From assembly GCA_964523905.1 (NCBI GenBank), contig CAZFYQ010000003.1, positions 28,976 through 92,975 on the forward strand: a DNA stretch of 64,000 bases, written 5' to 3'. Of this stretch, positions 9,534-19,253 are shown piece by piece. How positions within the stretch are numbered: position 1 is the first letter of the stretch; each line of letters begins with the position of its first letter. The translations under genes and the position numbers were made by a program. The notes under the pieces were generated by a model. That model ran no database searches, was not told where the DNA came from, and saw only the letters and a list, made by a program, of their open reading frames with translations. Source of the DNA: an uncultured Gammaproteobacteria bacterium. GTDB lineage: Bacteria; Patescibacteriota; Microgenomatia; Daviesbacterales; UBA10151.

Positions 9534-10091
9534 TTGGCCTTGTTTTTGATATACTTAAATATAATGAACGTAGAAATGACTCGTAATCCTTTATCTAGGC
9601 CGAGGTTTGTGGCTGCAAATTTAAGTGATCTAGAACAATCTAGACCGGAGCTAGTAGTTTCTTTGAACCCTAAATTGCGTGCCTTTGTAGAAAGTCAAGG
9701 CAAGCTTCCAGATGACCTTAAGCCCTATGATAATTGTATTGTGGTTGTGGTAGCGAATATAAACCATTCCCCCGAACAGGATCTACCAGATCGAGAATAC
9801 GGCATAAAACTTTTTGATTATACAGGATCAGTTGACTGCCGAATTCCGGATCGTCTTGATAGAATTGCCAATAGATTTTTTTCTGGAGTTAATCTGAACT
9901 ATGATGGATATAGGAACATGGCCTGGTCTGCTAGAGAGGTTACACTTAAGTGGTGGATGTATCACGAGCCAGAGGAAGCTATTATACATCGGTCTGATTT
10001 TGAGCTAGTTTTTGTCCGTAATTTTCCGAAATATAGCACCGTAGGCTCTCCTATCGAGACTCGTATGCCTAGAGGTTTTGCATTGGCCTAA
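9534..10091 (+). CDS. Hypothetical protein
   Basis: ORF only; no motif recognised. An internal start at MNVEMTRNP is possible. Confidence 0.4.
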   Translation: MALFLIYLNIMNVEMTRNPLSRPRFVAANLSDLEQSRPELVVSLNPKLRAFVESQGKLPDDLKPYDNCIVVVVANINHSPEQDLPDREYGIKLFDYTGSVDCRIPDRLDRIANRFFSGVNLNYDGYRNMAWSAREVTLKWWMYHEPEEAIIHRSDFELVFVRNFPKYSTVGSPIETRMPRGFALA

Positions 10092-10125
10092 AAGTTTTAA
10101 TTTCTTTCTGTTAAAATTCGGGGAT

Positions 10126-11085
10126 ATGAATTTTTGGGAAAAGTTGAAGAAGCCGATTTTTGTTTTGGCTCCAATGGATGGGGTGACAGATACTGTATTT
10201 AGGCAGATTGTGGCATCTGTGGGAAGGCCGGATGTTTTTTTTACGGAATTTGTTCCGGTTGATGCCATTATGTCTTCAGCCCGGGAAAAGGTACTGGCAA
10301 AATCTTTGTCATATTCTGAGGTTGAAAGGCCTTTGGTGGCTCAAATCTGGGGCACTGATCCGGAAAAGTTTTATGAAGTAGCAAAACTTTTAGTCAAACT
10401 GGGCTTTGATGGGATTGATATTAACATGGGCTGTCCGGTTAGAGATGTAGTGGCTCATGGTTCTTGTTCTGCTTTAATTAAAACTCCGGATCTGGCTGTA
10501 GAAATTATCAATGCCACTATCAAAGGCGCCGGATCCCTACCAGTTTCTGTTAAAACCAGAATCGGCTTTGATAAAATTGAGACAGAATCCTGGGTCAAAA
10601 CTTTACTGCAAACTAACATTGCAGCTTTAACCTTGCACTTAAGAACGGCCGCTGAAATGTCCAAAGTTCCGGCTCATTGGGATGAAATGGAAAAGGCAAC
10701 AGGCATTAGGCAACAGGTTAGATCAAGTGCTCTAATTATCGGCAACGGAGATGTTAAAACACTTAATGAAGCCAAGGATAAATGTAAAAAGTATGGAATT
10801 GATGGAGTTATGATTGGCAGAGGAATCTTTGATAATGTGTGGGTTTTTAATGAAGCCGTTAATATTGATCAGGTTACACCGGCTCAAAAAATAGACATGT
10901 TACTAAAACATCTACAGCTTTATCAAAAGATTAAAGGTGAAGGTAAGCATTTTGAGTTAATGAAAAAATTCGTAAAATGTTATGTAAATAATTTTGATGG
11001 AGCAACCAAAATAAGAGAATCTTTAATGCAAACTAGAAAATTATCCGATCTTATCTCCGCAGTAGAAAAACTTATTTCTGCCTAA
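10126..11085 (+). CDS. dus: tRNA-dihydrouridine synthase (Dus family)
   Basis: FVLAPMDGVTDTVFRQI and GIDINMGCP match a flavin TIM-barrel Dus. Start set at the second Met (MNFWEKL); the track ORF starts at 10078. Confidence 0.8.
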   Translation: MNFWEKLKKPIFVLAPMDGVTDTVFRQIVASVGRPDVFFTEFVPVDAIMSSAREKVLAKSLSYSEVERPLVAQIWGTDPEKFYEVAKLLVKLGFDGIDINMGCPVRDVVAHGSCSALIKTPDLAVEIINATIKGAGSLPVSVKTRIGFDKIETESWVKTLLQTNIAALTLHLRTAAEMSKVPAHWDEMEKATGIRQQVRSSALIIGNGDVKTLNEAKDKCKKYGIDGVMIGRGIFDNVWVFNEAVNIDQVTPAQKIDMLLKHLQLYQKIKGEGKHFELMKKFVKCYVNNFDGATKIRESLMQTRKLSDLISAVEKLISA

Positions 11086-11294
11086 GTGTTATTTATCCAA
11101 AAAGTAACTTCTAAGGGAACTGGCTACTGTCTGTATTCGAGGTTTGTCACTAGGAGTAATTGCTACCTCACTATAGTGTACCCTGTGGATCTCAGTCAAG
11201 TAACCTGTAATTCCGTTAGCTCTCAGGCTGGTTTGATGTGCTTCGCCTAATGCAACAATAGTGTCTATTTCGTTAGGTGCGCCTTCTGGTCTTA

Positions 11295-12215
11295 TCATAT
11301 ATTTGAAGTATACACTACTATAGGTTTTTTGTCAAAGCCACTAATACAATCCCTTGAGCAAAAACCCGCTGATTTTTCTATACACTTATCACAACTAATG
11401 AAATGTCGTTTGCCCTGACAGAAGATATTTTTACAGTCAAAATAATGCTCAGCTGGCTTCTCACAAAACTTGCACTTCCCTACTATGATATGCGCCTTGG
11501 AATCCATATTAAAGCCCATGGTGACCCTGCCATCAAAGACATACAGTGATCCCAGAAAATCTTCATTAGGATATTTTTCCATGTAAGAAACTATCCCGCC
11601 ATAAAGTTGATAAACATCTTCGAAACCATTTTGCACTAAAAATCCGGAGGCTTTTTCACACCTAACTCCTCCAGTGCAAACAGTCACAATTGTCTTGTTT
11701 TTTAAATCCTTCAGGACTGGTAGTACTTTAGGTAAATCACGAAAATTTTCAAAAGGAGCGAGCAGGGAATTAGCAAAATATCCAACAGTTGTTTCATAGT
11801 CATTTCGCATATCAACTATATAGAACGCTTTGTCAGAATGAATCCATTCGTGTAATTGCTCTGGTTCCAGGTATTTCCCAGTAACTTGATTGGGATTTAA
11901 CCCTAGTTCAGAAATAGCTGAGCTGACAATATCATCTCGAATCTTGATGGATAATTTGGGAAAGGCCGATCCAGTACCCACACTTTTTTTAAAATGAATA
12001 TCAGAAAATCCGGAAATTTTTTGCATAGCCTTGATATATTTTTCAGTATCGGTAGTTCTACCTTCAACAGTGCCGTTAATTCCCTCGCTTGCAATGATAA
12101 TTCGGCCTGTTAGACCTAACTTCTCACATAAGGCTTTTTGATCCTGTAATAACTTCTGCGGAACCTCAATTTGAGTGTATTTATAATATAGTAAAACCTG
12201 GAATTTGCTTCCCAT
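11295..12215 (-). CDS. trhO: Rhodanese-domain tRNA uridine(34) hydroxylase (TrhO/YceA family) with C-terminal Cys-rich tail
   Basis: UPF0176 N-terminus KFQVLLYYKYT...IIASEGINGT, a rhodanese Cys in TVCTGGVRCEKA, and a C-terminal CxxC...CxxC cluster. Confidence 0.75.
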   Translation of the reverse strand: MGSKFQVLLYYKYTQIEVPQKLLQDQKALCEKLGLTGRIIIASEGINGTVEGRTTDTEKYIKAMQKISGFSDIHFKKSVGTGSAFPKLSIKIRDDIVSSAISELGLNPNQVTGKYLEPEQLHEWIHSDKAFYIVDMRNDYETTVGYFANSLLAPFENFRDLPKVLPVLKDLKNKTIVTVCTGGVRCEKASGFLVQNGFEDVYQLYGGIVSYMEKYPNEDFLGSLYVFDGRVTMGFNMDSKAHIIVGKCKFCEKPAEHYFDCKNIFCQGKRHFISCDKCIEKSAGFCSRDCISGFDKKPIVVYTSNI

Positions 12216-12243
12216 GATAGGGAAATTATATCATTTTAATCAA

Positions 12244-13362
12244 TTAGATTAGTTTTTTCTGGCGGAGAGTTTGATAATAATCTTTTTTAGTAGTGGCAAT
12301 GGCACCCAGGCCAATTAAAGCCACAATAAATCCAACAATCCCACCAACTATTGGAATTAACCCAATTAGTGAGATTATTGCTAGCCCTGAGGTGTAGATT
12401 AAATAAGCATTCCAGTTTTTCTTAAAATATTTAGTCAGAGCACTACCTAGAGCCACACTAACAAAGATCTTACTTAGCCAAAGCCCAAAGCCTAGAAATA
12501 CTATCCAAAGCAAAGCAAAAGGAATACCGATCACAGTCACTAACAGCAGAATCACTAAAAGCGGGGTCACTGCCAAAGCCAGCAAACCAATTCCCAGGCT
12601 TCTTAGCCAGTGAGCTCTCACTACTTCTGCTACAAAACTTGTATATTCAGGAATTAATTTAAGAATTAGAAAACCAATCAGTAACGCAGAAATAAAGCTA
12701 AACACTTTAACTGTAGTAAAAATACCTGCCAGCGCTGTTTTACTGACTTGTACTGCTTGGGGGCGGGTTGTTTGGGGTGGAATATTATGCGTAACTGCTC
12801 CTGAAATAGAAGCCTCAGAGCTAATATTAGCCGGGTTTCTACTCCAATAAGTGACGTCTCCTTTGATTCTAGCCGTATTACCCAAGTTAATTTGTCCACC
12901 TGCCAGATTTGCTTCTTTTCCAACCGGACCTAAAATAGTTAAATTTCCTCCGGCTGAAGTCAGGCTGCCGCTAATATTGGCATTTGGCCCCAGATTTATC
13001 TGTCCACCGGCTAGTGAAACATTACGTCCAACTTTACCATTAACAATAATGTTTCCGCCTGCGCCTCTGATATTACCGGTAACAAGTCCACTAATAGTGA
13101 CATTCCCCCCGGCAATTAATAAATCGCCGTTGATGACACCGTTTACATTCACATCTCCCCCTGCTAAATAAGCATCTCCGTTTACAGTACCATCCAAAGA
13201 AACATTTCTTCCAGCAGCAAAATAATCTTTGTTAACAACTTGATTTTCCGGTAAAGTTACAACTTGATAATTAGACTGGGCAAAGATCACCTGAGGAACT
13301 GCCAGAATTAGAAAGATAAAAACCAAAACCAGAATACGATTCATTGTAACTGCAATATACAT
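12244..13362 (-). CDS. Bactofilin-like beta-helical repeat protein with signal peptide and C-terminal polytopic membrane domain
   Basis: About 120 aa of G-x-(V/I)-x-(V/I)-x-G repeats (LAGGDVNVNGVINGDLLIAGGNVTISG...). The C-terminal ~150 aa are hydrophobic helices. Confidence 0.5.
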   Translation of the reverse strand: MYIAVTMNRILVLVFIFLILAVPQVIFAQSNYQVVTLPENQVVNKDYFAAGRNVSLDGTVNGDAYLAGGDVNVNGVINGDLLIAGGNVTISGLVTGNIRGAGGNIIVNGKVGRNVSLAGGQINLGPNANISGSLTSAGGNLTILGPVGKEANLAGGQINLGNTARIKGDVTYWSRNPANISSEASISGAVTHNIPPQTTRPQAVQVSKTALAGIFTTVKVFSFISALLIGFLILKLIPEYTSFVAEVVRAHWLRSLGIGLLALAVTPLLVILLLVTVIGIPFALLWIVFLGFGLWLSKIFVSVALGSALTKYFKKNWNAYLIYTSGLAIISLIGLIPIVGGIVGFIVALIGLGAIATTKKDYYQTLRQKKLI

Positions 13363-13372
13363 CTTAAGATTA

Positions 13373-14575
13373 TTATACCGCAGTGATTTGAGTCACAGAT
13401 CGCTTTTTGTGGTTTGACATCACTTTAAGGTATTTACTACCAAACAATATGATAAAAACTGTTACTACACCTGCTACTACAAATGGTACTCTTAAACTCA
13501 AAATCGCCAATGCGCCTCCGACAAAAGGTCCGAAAACCCGGCCTAATGCCCCAAAACTTTGGGTGGCTCCTAAAACTATGCCCTGTTCTTCCGGCTTACT
13601 TTCAATGGAAATCAAAGACTGAGTATTAACCATCAGAAGTCCCACAGCAAAAGGAGTGACCAGGCCGGTGATAATTGTTAACCACTGCCAGGGCGAAATA
13701 CCCATCACGACAATCGAGATACTAAAGATAACGAGTCCTAGTTTGATCATTTGAATCTCGGTAATCTTTTTAAGCATCAGTGAAATTAAAAACCCTTGAG
13801 TCAAAAACGAACCAACTCCAATTAAACCAAAGAAGTAGCCGTTTTGCGCTTCAGTCCAACCAAATTTGGCTGCTCCCAGTAGTGAAAATACACCAATGAT
13901 TAGAGATAAAGCAAAGTTAACAAAGAAAAACAGCAGCATTAAAAAAGCCATATTTTTCGGCCTTAGTACTTCCTTAGTCACTTCTAGATTTAAGAATTCA
14001 ATTTTAATGTGTTTTTGTAATAGCTTATTTGATTCCGGAAGAATTAGAAAGATTAAAACAGTGTTAAGTAAAGATAAAATTCCGGGAATGATAAAGGCAA
14101 CCTGTATGGAAAACATTGAAGAAACAATTCCGCCTAACACTGGGCCCACAATAAAACCTAAGCCAAAAGCAGCTCCCACCAGTCCCATTTTTCTGGTTCT
14201 TTCATGAGCAGATGAGGTATCTGCTATATAAGCCTGAGCAACGGAAATATTGGCACTACCAATTCCGGCTAGAACACGGGCAATGATAATAATCCAAATT
14301 AGCTGTGAGTAGAATAGCAGGAAATATGACATGGAATTTAAAAAGGCACTCAGAATTAGAATCGGCTTTCTGCCATATTTATCAGATAACCTTCCCAGGA
14401 TCGGAGAAAACAGAAACTGTACCAGGGAAAAAATTGAAATAACTGTGCCAACCAGTATTGTGCCTCCACCAATATGTTCAATCATCAAAGGCAGAATGGG
14501 AATAACCAGGCCAAAGCCGATTAAATCAATGAAAACTACCAGTAACAGGGTAAAAGTTTTGCGATCCATAAACAA
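13373..14575 (-). CDS. MFS transporter
   Basis: 12 TM helices and motif A GRLSDKYGRKPIL. Confidence 0.8.
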   Translation of the reverse strand: MFMDRKTFTLLLVVFIDLIGFGLVIPILPLMIEHIGGGTILVGTVISIFSLVQFLFSPILGRLSDKYGRKPILILSAFLNSMSYFLLFYSQLIWIIIIARVLAGIGSANISVAQAYIADTSSAHERTRKMGLVGAAFGLGFIVGPVLGGIVSSMFSIQVAFIIPGILSLLNTVLIFLILPESNKLLQKHIKIEFLNLEVTKEVLRPKNMAFLMLLFFFVNFALSLIIGVFSLLGAAKFGWTEAQNGYFFGLIGVGSFLTQGFLISLMLKKITEIQMIKLGLVIFSISIVVMGISPWQWLTIITGLVTPFAVGLLMVNTQSLISIESKPEEQGIVLGATQSFGALGRVFGPFVGGALAILSLRVPFVVAGVVTVFIILFGSKYLKVMSNHKKRSVTQITAV

Positions 14576-15493
14576 TTATTCTAACATTTTGCTTAAGGCT
14601 TGAATACTATCCAAATCATAAATAGAAACAGGTATTACCTGTTTTCCGGCAATTTTTTTAAGTTTAGGATGGTCAAGATCGGATTTAGTTAACAATATAA
14701 TCTCCTTTTTATCCAACAGTTTAGGATTATATTTTTCCAGCTCATCCCGGATAATTTGGTAATCCCTTTTCGGATCATCTGACTCAGTTGAGATGCAGTG
14801 AAGTAATAGTTTTACTTTTTCAATATGTTTTAAAAACCGATGGCCCAGGCCTTTTCCTTCTGATGCACCTTCTATTAAACCTGGAATATCAGCTAAAACT
14901 TTGCCTTTAACCACTCCCAGATTAGGTTCTAAAGTAGTAAAAGGATAATCACCAATTTTGGCATTGGCATTGGTAAGTTCATTTAATAAAGAACTTTTAC
15001 CGGCATTTGGTAATCCAATGAACCCGAAGTCAGCAATTAGTTTAAGTTTTAAGCTTAACTTTTTTTCTTCACCACTTAAGCCTGGCTGAGAATACCTGGG
15101 AGTAGTATTAGAGGGAGATTTAAAAAAGGCGTTACCTTTGCCGCCAATGCCACCTTTGGCCAACAGTTCCACCTGTCCTTCATGAGTTAGTTCAATTTCT
15201 CGACCGTTTTCATCAGTCAAAAAAGTGCCAATGGGCATTAGTAACACTAAGTCTTTACCATCACTGCCAGTACTTAAATTTCGACCACCGATTTTGCCGT
15301 CTTCGGCTTCCAGAATTTTATGGGAAACATATTGACCTAAACTATAAATATCAGTGGTGGTTTTAACATAAACATCTCCGCCTTTACCACCGTCTCCCCC
15401 ATCAGGTCCACCGGTTTTTTTGCCTTTAAACGACACTTTACCCGGTCCACCATGCCCGGCTTTGATATTAATTTTGGTTTCATCAACTAACAT
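14576..15493 (-). CDS. obg: GTPase Obg (short form)
   Basis: Gly-rich Obg fold at the N-terminus (GGPGKVSF...GGDGGKGGDVYV). G-domain motifs GLPNAGKSSLL and DIPGLIEGAS. 305 aa, lacking a long C-terminal domain. Confidence 0.85.
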   Translation of the reverse strand: MLVDETKINIKAGHGGPGKVSFKGKKTGGPDGGDGGKGGDVYVKTTTDIYSLGQYVSHKILEAEDGKIGGRNLSTGSDGKDLVLLMPIGTFLTDENGREIELTHEGQVELLAKGGIGGKGNAFFKSPSNTTPRYSQPGLSGEEKKLSLKLKLIADFGFIGLPNAGKSSLLNELTNANAKIGDYPFTTLEPNLGVVKGKVLADIPGLIEGASEGKGLGHRFLKHIEKVKLLLHCISTESDDPKRDYQIIRDELEKYNPKLLDKKEIILLTKSDLDHPKLKKIAGKQVIPVSIYDLDSIQALSKMLE

Positions 15494-15502
15494 AGGAATA
15501 TT

Positions 15503-15955
15503 CTATTTGATAGGAGCGATCTCAGGAGTAATGTTGGCATCGGTTCTCCACTGTAAATTAATCACCCGTTCTCCGACAATTACATCTTGCTTGGAGCTGC
15601 CTCTAAAGGATAACTTGGAAATATCACCTAAACCAACCCAGGAAAAGTCAGTATTTTTAAAACTGGAAAATTTTGGAGAATTTTTAACCACTGCATAAAA
15701 AACATAATTTATTTTCTCTAAAACCGGATGATTATAATCATAAATGGCATGAATATCTTTTGGTTTTAAGTTTAAATTAAGTAAACGGTTAACCACGCGT
15801 TGAAATGTCATATGCGCTTGCTCTCCGTCCTGGCCTTCTCCACCCAGAGTGGACCACTGAGATGGGCTGTCAGTGTTTTCTTGTGATTTAATTAAGAGAA
15901 TTTGGTGAGTTTTAAGACTATAAAGGAATCCGCTAGCGTAAAATGAAGTTTGCAC
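15503..15955 (-). CDS. Nudix-like hydrolase (degenerate Nudix box)
   Basis: LGGEGQDGEQAHMTFQRVVNRL loosely resembles Gx5Ex7REuxEExGu; the call is weak. Confidence 0.35.
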   Translation of the reverse strand: MQTSFYASGFLYSLKTHQILLIKSQENTDSPSQWSTLGGEGQDGEQAHMTFQRVVNRLLNLNLKPKDIHAIYDYNHPVLEKINYVFYAVVKNSPKFSSFKNTDFSWVGLGDISKLSFRGSSKQDVIVGERVINLQWRTDANITPEIAPIK

Positions 15956-16115
15956 AAACGTATTATAAACCTTTGCGGACTAGAAGTCCACCAATGGTTG
16001 TTTACAAGAAGCTGTAGAAAATTTTATCTTGAGAGTCGAAGTTTATGTCCGCAAACGACTGTAATCGCAGCTCCAACCTGGTTGAAGCTAATTTTCTGCT
16101 GCGATTATAGCAGGT

Positions 16116-17390
16116 TTAGCTAATAAATGTTAGAGCAAAGCCGGTTTTACCAGCGCGGCCGGTCCGACCAATACGGTGAATGTAATCTTCATAGGTTTCT
16201 GGCAAGTCATAATTGATCACATGAGTAACATTATCAATGTCTAAACCACGGGAAGCCACATCAGTAGCCAAAAGAATCTGAATTTCATTTCTTTTAAAGC
16301 TATCTAAGGTTCTTTTTCTTTGAGATTGTCTTTTGTTGCCATGTAAAGAACCGGTTTTAAAGCCCCGGTGAGTTAATTCATCATGTAATTTTTCAATACC
16401 ATGCTTGGTCCTACCAAAAATTAGCACCTTATCAAAGCCATCTTGGATTAATAAATCATGTAACTGTTCAATCTTTTTGGAAGAATCCCTGACCTTAACC
16501 ACATCTTGATCGACATTTTGAGCTGTATCTTGGGTTTTAACTGAAACTGTCACCGGATTTTGGACAAATGACTGTAAAATCTCACGAATTCTTGGTGAAA
16601 TAGTGGCAGAGAAAAACAAAGACTGACGGATTCTGGGTAAAAAAGACAGGAAATATTTCACTTCGTTAACAAATCCGATATCTACCATTAAATCAACTTC
16701 ATCCAACACAAAGATTTGGAAATCATTTAACCGAAGTAGGCCGCGTTCTATTAAATCCTTTAATCTGCCTGGTGTGCCAATAACTACCTGAGGATTTCTC
16801 CTTAAATCAGAAACTTGTCTGCCCATGTTGGATCCACCAATTAACAAAGCTGAATAAATACTCATATTTTGGGTAAAGGATCGCAGTTCCTCGTTAATCT
16901 GGACTGCTAATTCTCTGGTGGGAGTAATAATAATGGCTTTGTTGTTTTGGCGATCCTGGAAAATTTTGTCAATAATCGGAATTAAAAAAGCGGCTGTTTT
17001 ACCGGTTCCGGTATTAGCTAAACCAATCAGATCTCGGCCTTCCAGAATTGGTGGAATAGCCTGAATTTGAATTGGAGTTGGTGTAATGTAACCTTTATTT
17101 TGGATGTTAACCTTTAAATAATCAGAGATCTGAAAATCAGCAAAGGTCTGTGTGATCGCTTCAGTCGCTAAAGTCGCTTCAGTCGTAGGATTGGCTTTTT
17201 TAATAAACATATTAATATCAGCACCTTCCAGCTTGCTTCGTCTGGCTCCGCGGCTTTGGCCGTGTAATGAGCGATAACCATTAGAAGAACCACCGGGTCT
17301 ACCGAATCTATTGCTTGATGGCTTACCAAATCTGGATGAGCTACCAAAGCGGATTGACGAGCGATTTCTAAAACTATTGTTGTTATACAT
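16116..17390 (-). CDS. DEAD-box ATP-dependent RNA helicase (DEVD variant) with N-terminal RG-rich tail
   Basis: Q-motif TPIQ, motif I GLANTGTGKT, Ia PTRELA, II VLDEVD, III SAT, VI HRIGRTGRAG. Confidence 0.9.
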   Translation of the reverse strand: MYNNNSFRNRSSIRFGSSSRFGKPSSNRFGRPGGSSNGYRSLHGQSRGARRSKLEGADINMFIKKANPTTEATLATEAITQTFADFQISDYLKVNIQNKGYITPTPIQIQAIPPILEGRDLIGLANTGTGKTAAFLIPIIDKIFQDRQNNKAIIITPTRELAVQINEELRSFTQNMSIYSALLIGGSNMGRQVSDLRRNPQVVIGTPGRLKDLIERGLLRLNDFQIFVLDEVDLMVDIGFVNEVKYFLSFLPRIRQSLFFSATISPRIREILQSFVQNPVTVSVKTQDTAQNVDQDVVKVRDSSKKIEQLHDLLIQDGFDKVLIFGRTKHGIEKLHDELTHRGFKTGSLHGNKRQSQRKRTLDSFKRNEIQILLATDVASRGLDIDNVTHVINYDLPETYEDYIHRIGRTGRAGKTGFALTFIS

Positions 17391-17590
17391 AATAAATTAG
17401 TGTCTTCTTCATCGTAAATACATAGAGGATGAAGAAGAACAATATAAAAATTGAAAAAGAAAAAACTGATCCGGCATGCCGGAAGTCGGAGCTACTTGAA
17501 AAGTTAGTCCGTGAGGAAAAAAAGATCTGTAGCTTATGATTCTTAAATCAACTGCTAGCAGTGTAACACACTTACTGATTAATAGCAAAT

Positions 17591-18250
17591 CTATACAAGG
17601 TATCGTTCTAAAAGATCATCAAATGTCATAAAACAGAACCTTGCATTCAAAAAATCCCGGATGGGAAATTCCTTCGGCATATTGTTAAATACTCTTTTGG
17701 TAAACGCATCATATTTGGCTGCGATGTTAACAGGAATAGGTGTTTCGGCAACCGTAAAACCAAATCGTTTTGATACTGCTGCTAATTTATCAAAAGTCAA
17801 ACCTACTAATCTATCTGAAGGTAAACGATCACGGAATTCTTCAACATACATGGCTACATCCTGTAGTGACTCCCTTACTTGGGTATGAAAGGAAACATCG
17901 GGATCCAGCGGAGATAAGTGAATTCTTAAGTAATAGTCCCCACTCTTAATTGTAAGACCTGTGTTGGGATCGGAGTAATCATAAGTATGTTCTGTTTCGA
18001 TTAGATGTAAAGGATAAAATGTTTTGCAAGGATTATATCTAAAAGGACTTGTTAAAACCCGATCAACCCTTCTGTCAGTACGTTCATCTAAATGGTTAAT
18101 TAAGAAACGCATAGTACGCCATTGCAGATCAGTAAGAGGACTAAATTCAAAATTAGCCTGTGTTTTTTGTTCCAATCTATTATGGTAATCAATCAGGGGC
18201 TCCTCTATTGCTTCTGAGATACGTGCGGGCAAGCGAAATTCCATGTTCAC
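17591..18250 (-). CDS. Hypothetical protein
   Basis: ORF only, 219 aa, soluble, no motif recognised. Confidence 0.4.
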   Translation of the reverse strand: MNMEFRLPARISEAIEEPLIDYHNRLEQKTQANFEFSPLTDLQWRTMRFLINHLDERTDRRVDRVLTSPFRYNPCKTFYPLHLIETEHTYDYSDPNTGLTIKSGDYYLRIHLSPLDPDVSFHTQVRESLQDVAMYVEEFRDRLPSDRLVGLTFDKLAAVSKRFGFTVAETPIPVNIAAKYDAFTKRVFNNMPKEFPIRDFLNARFCFMTFDDLLERYLV

Positions 18251-18334
18251 TATTATACTTCAACAAGTACTTAAATTCAACCTATAGTAGTAGCAGGATC
18301 ATTCACTGTCAACTCGCTTCCATATTCTTCTAAA

Positions 18335-19228
18335 TTGGAATATATTAGTGTAATGAAAGCATATTTAGTTGCGTTTGTATCTATCGTCCTTTGGGGATCT
18401 TCGGGAGCAGTTGGTAAACTTTTACTTAATAATCTTTCTAATGTATCTGTAGAATTTTATTCATGTATTTTTGCCTTCATTGGCCTGTTTATTATTTGCC
18501 TATTTACTAACAAGATGGGCATAATTCGAAGCTATAAGCTAAAGGATTTCGGTACCTTTGCATTAATGGGGTTTTTGGGCGTATTCCTTTATCTATACTT
18601 CTTCTATGGCGGCCTAGCTTTGTTACCAGCGCAAGAAGGATTTATTATCAATTACTTATGGCCAATCATGGTTGTTTTATTTGCTGTCCCTGTATTAAAG
18701 GATAAATTAACAATGAAAAAAGTAATTGCCTTACTGATTTCTTTTACCGGGGTGGGAGTAGTAATAACTCAGGGGAATTTCCTGGGATTTAGATTGACAA
18801 ACATGCAAGGAGTTGTACTTGCCTTGGCAGCAGCAGTTGTTTATGGACTTTTTTCAACCTTGATTAAGAAATTACATTATGAGGAATTTACTAGCACAAT
18901 GTTTTATTACCTCTTTGCCAGTATCTATACTTTTATATTAATTCTCTTTACCTCATCTATTCCTAGCATTTCCGGAATTCAAACTGCAGGACTACTCTAT
19001 CTGGGTGTATTTTGCAGTGGCATTGCCTTTGCTACTTGGTTTCTGGCCCTAAAGCTGGGTGATACGGCCAAAATGGCAAATTTGATCTTCCTAACACCAT
19101 TTGCCTCTCTAGTCTTTATTTATTTTCTTGTTGGGGAAAAAATTACATTGGCTTCAATAGTAGGTTTAGTGCTAATTGTCATAGGAATATTAATTCAATC
19201 TACTAATAGTAAAGCTCACCCTCACTAA
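18335..19228 (+). CDS. EamA/DMT family transporter
   Basis: Ten TM helices in a duplicated 5+5 pattern. Confidence 0.7.
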   Translation: MEYISVMKAYLVAFVSIVLWGSSGAVGKLLLNNLSNVSVEFYSCIFAFIGLFIICLFTNKMGIIRSYKLKDFGTFALMGFLGVFLYLYFFYGGLALLPAQEGFIINYLWPIMVVLFAVPVLKDKLTMKKVIALLISFTGVGVVITQGNFLGFRLTNMQGVVLALAAAVVYGLFSTLIKKLHYEEFTSTMFYYLFASIYTFILILFTSSIPSISGIQTAGLLYLGVFCSGIAFATWFLALKLGDTAKMANLIFLTPFASLVFIYFLVGEKITLASIVGLVLIVIGILIQSTNSKAHPH

Positions 19229-19253
19229 ATATAAACTTTGATATACTTATAAA

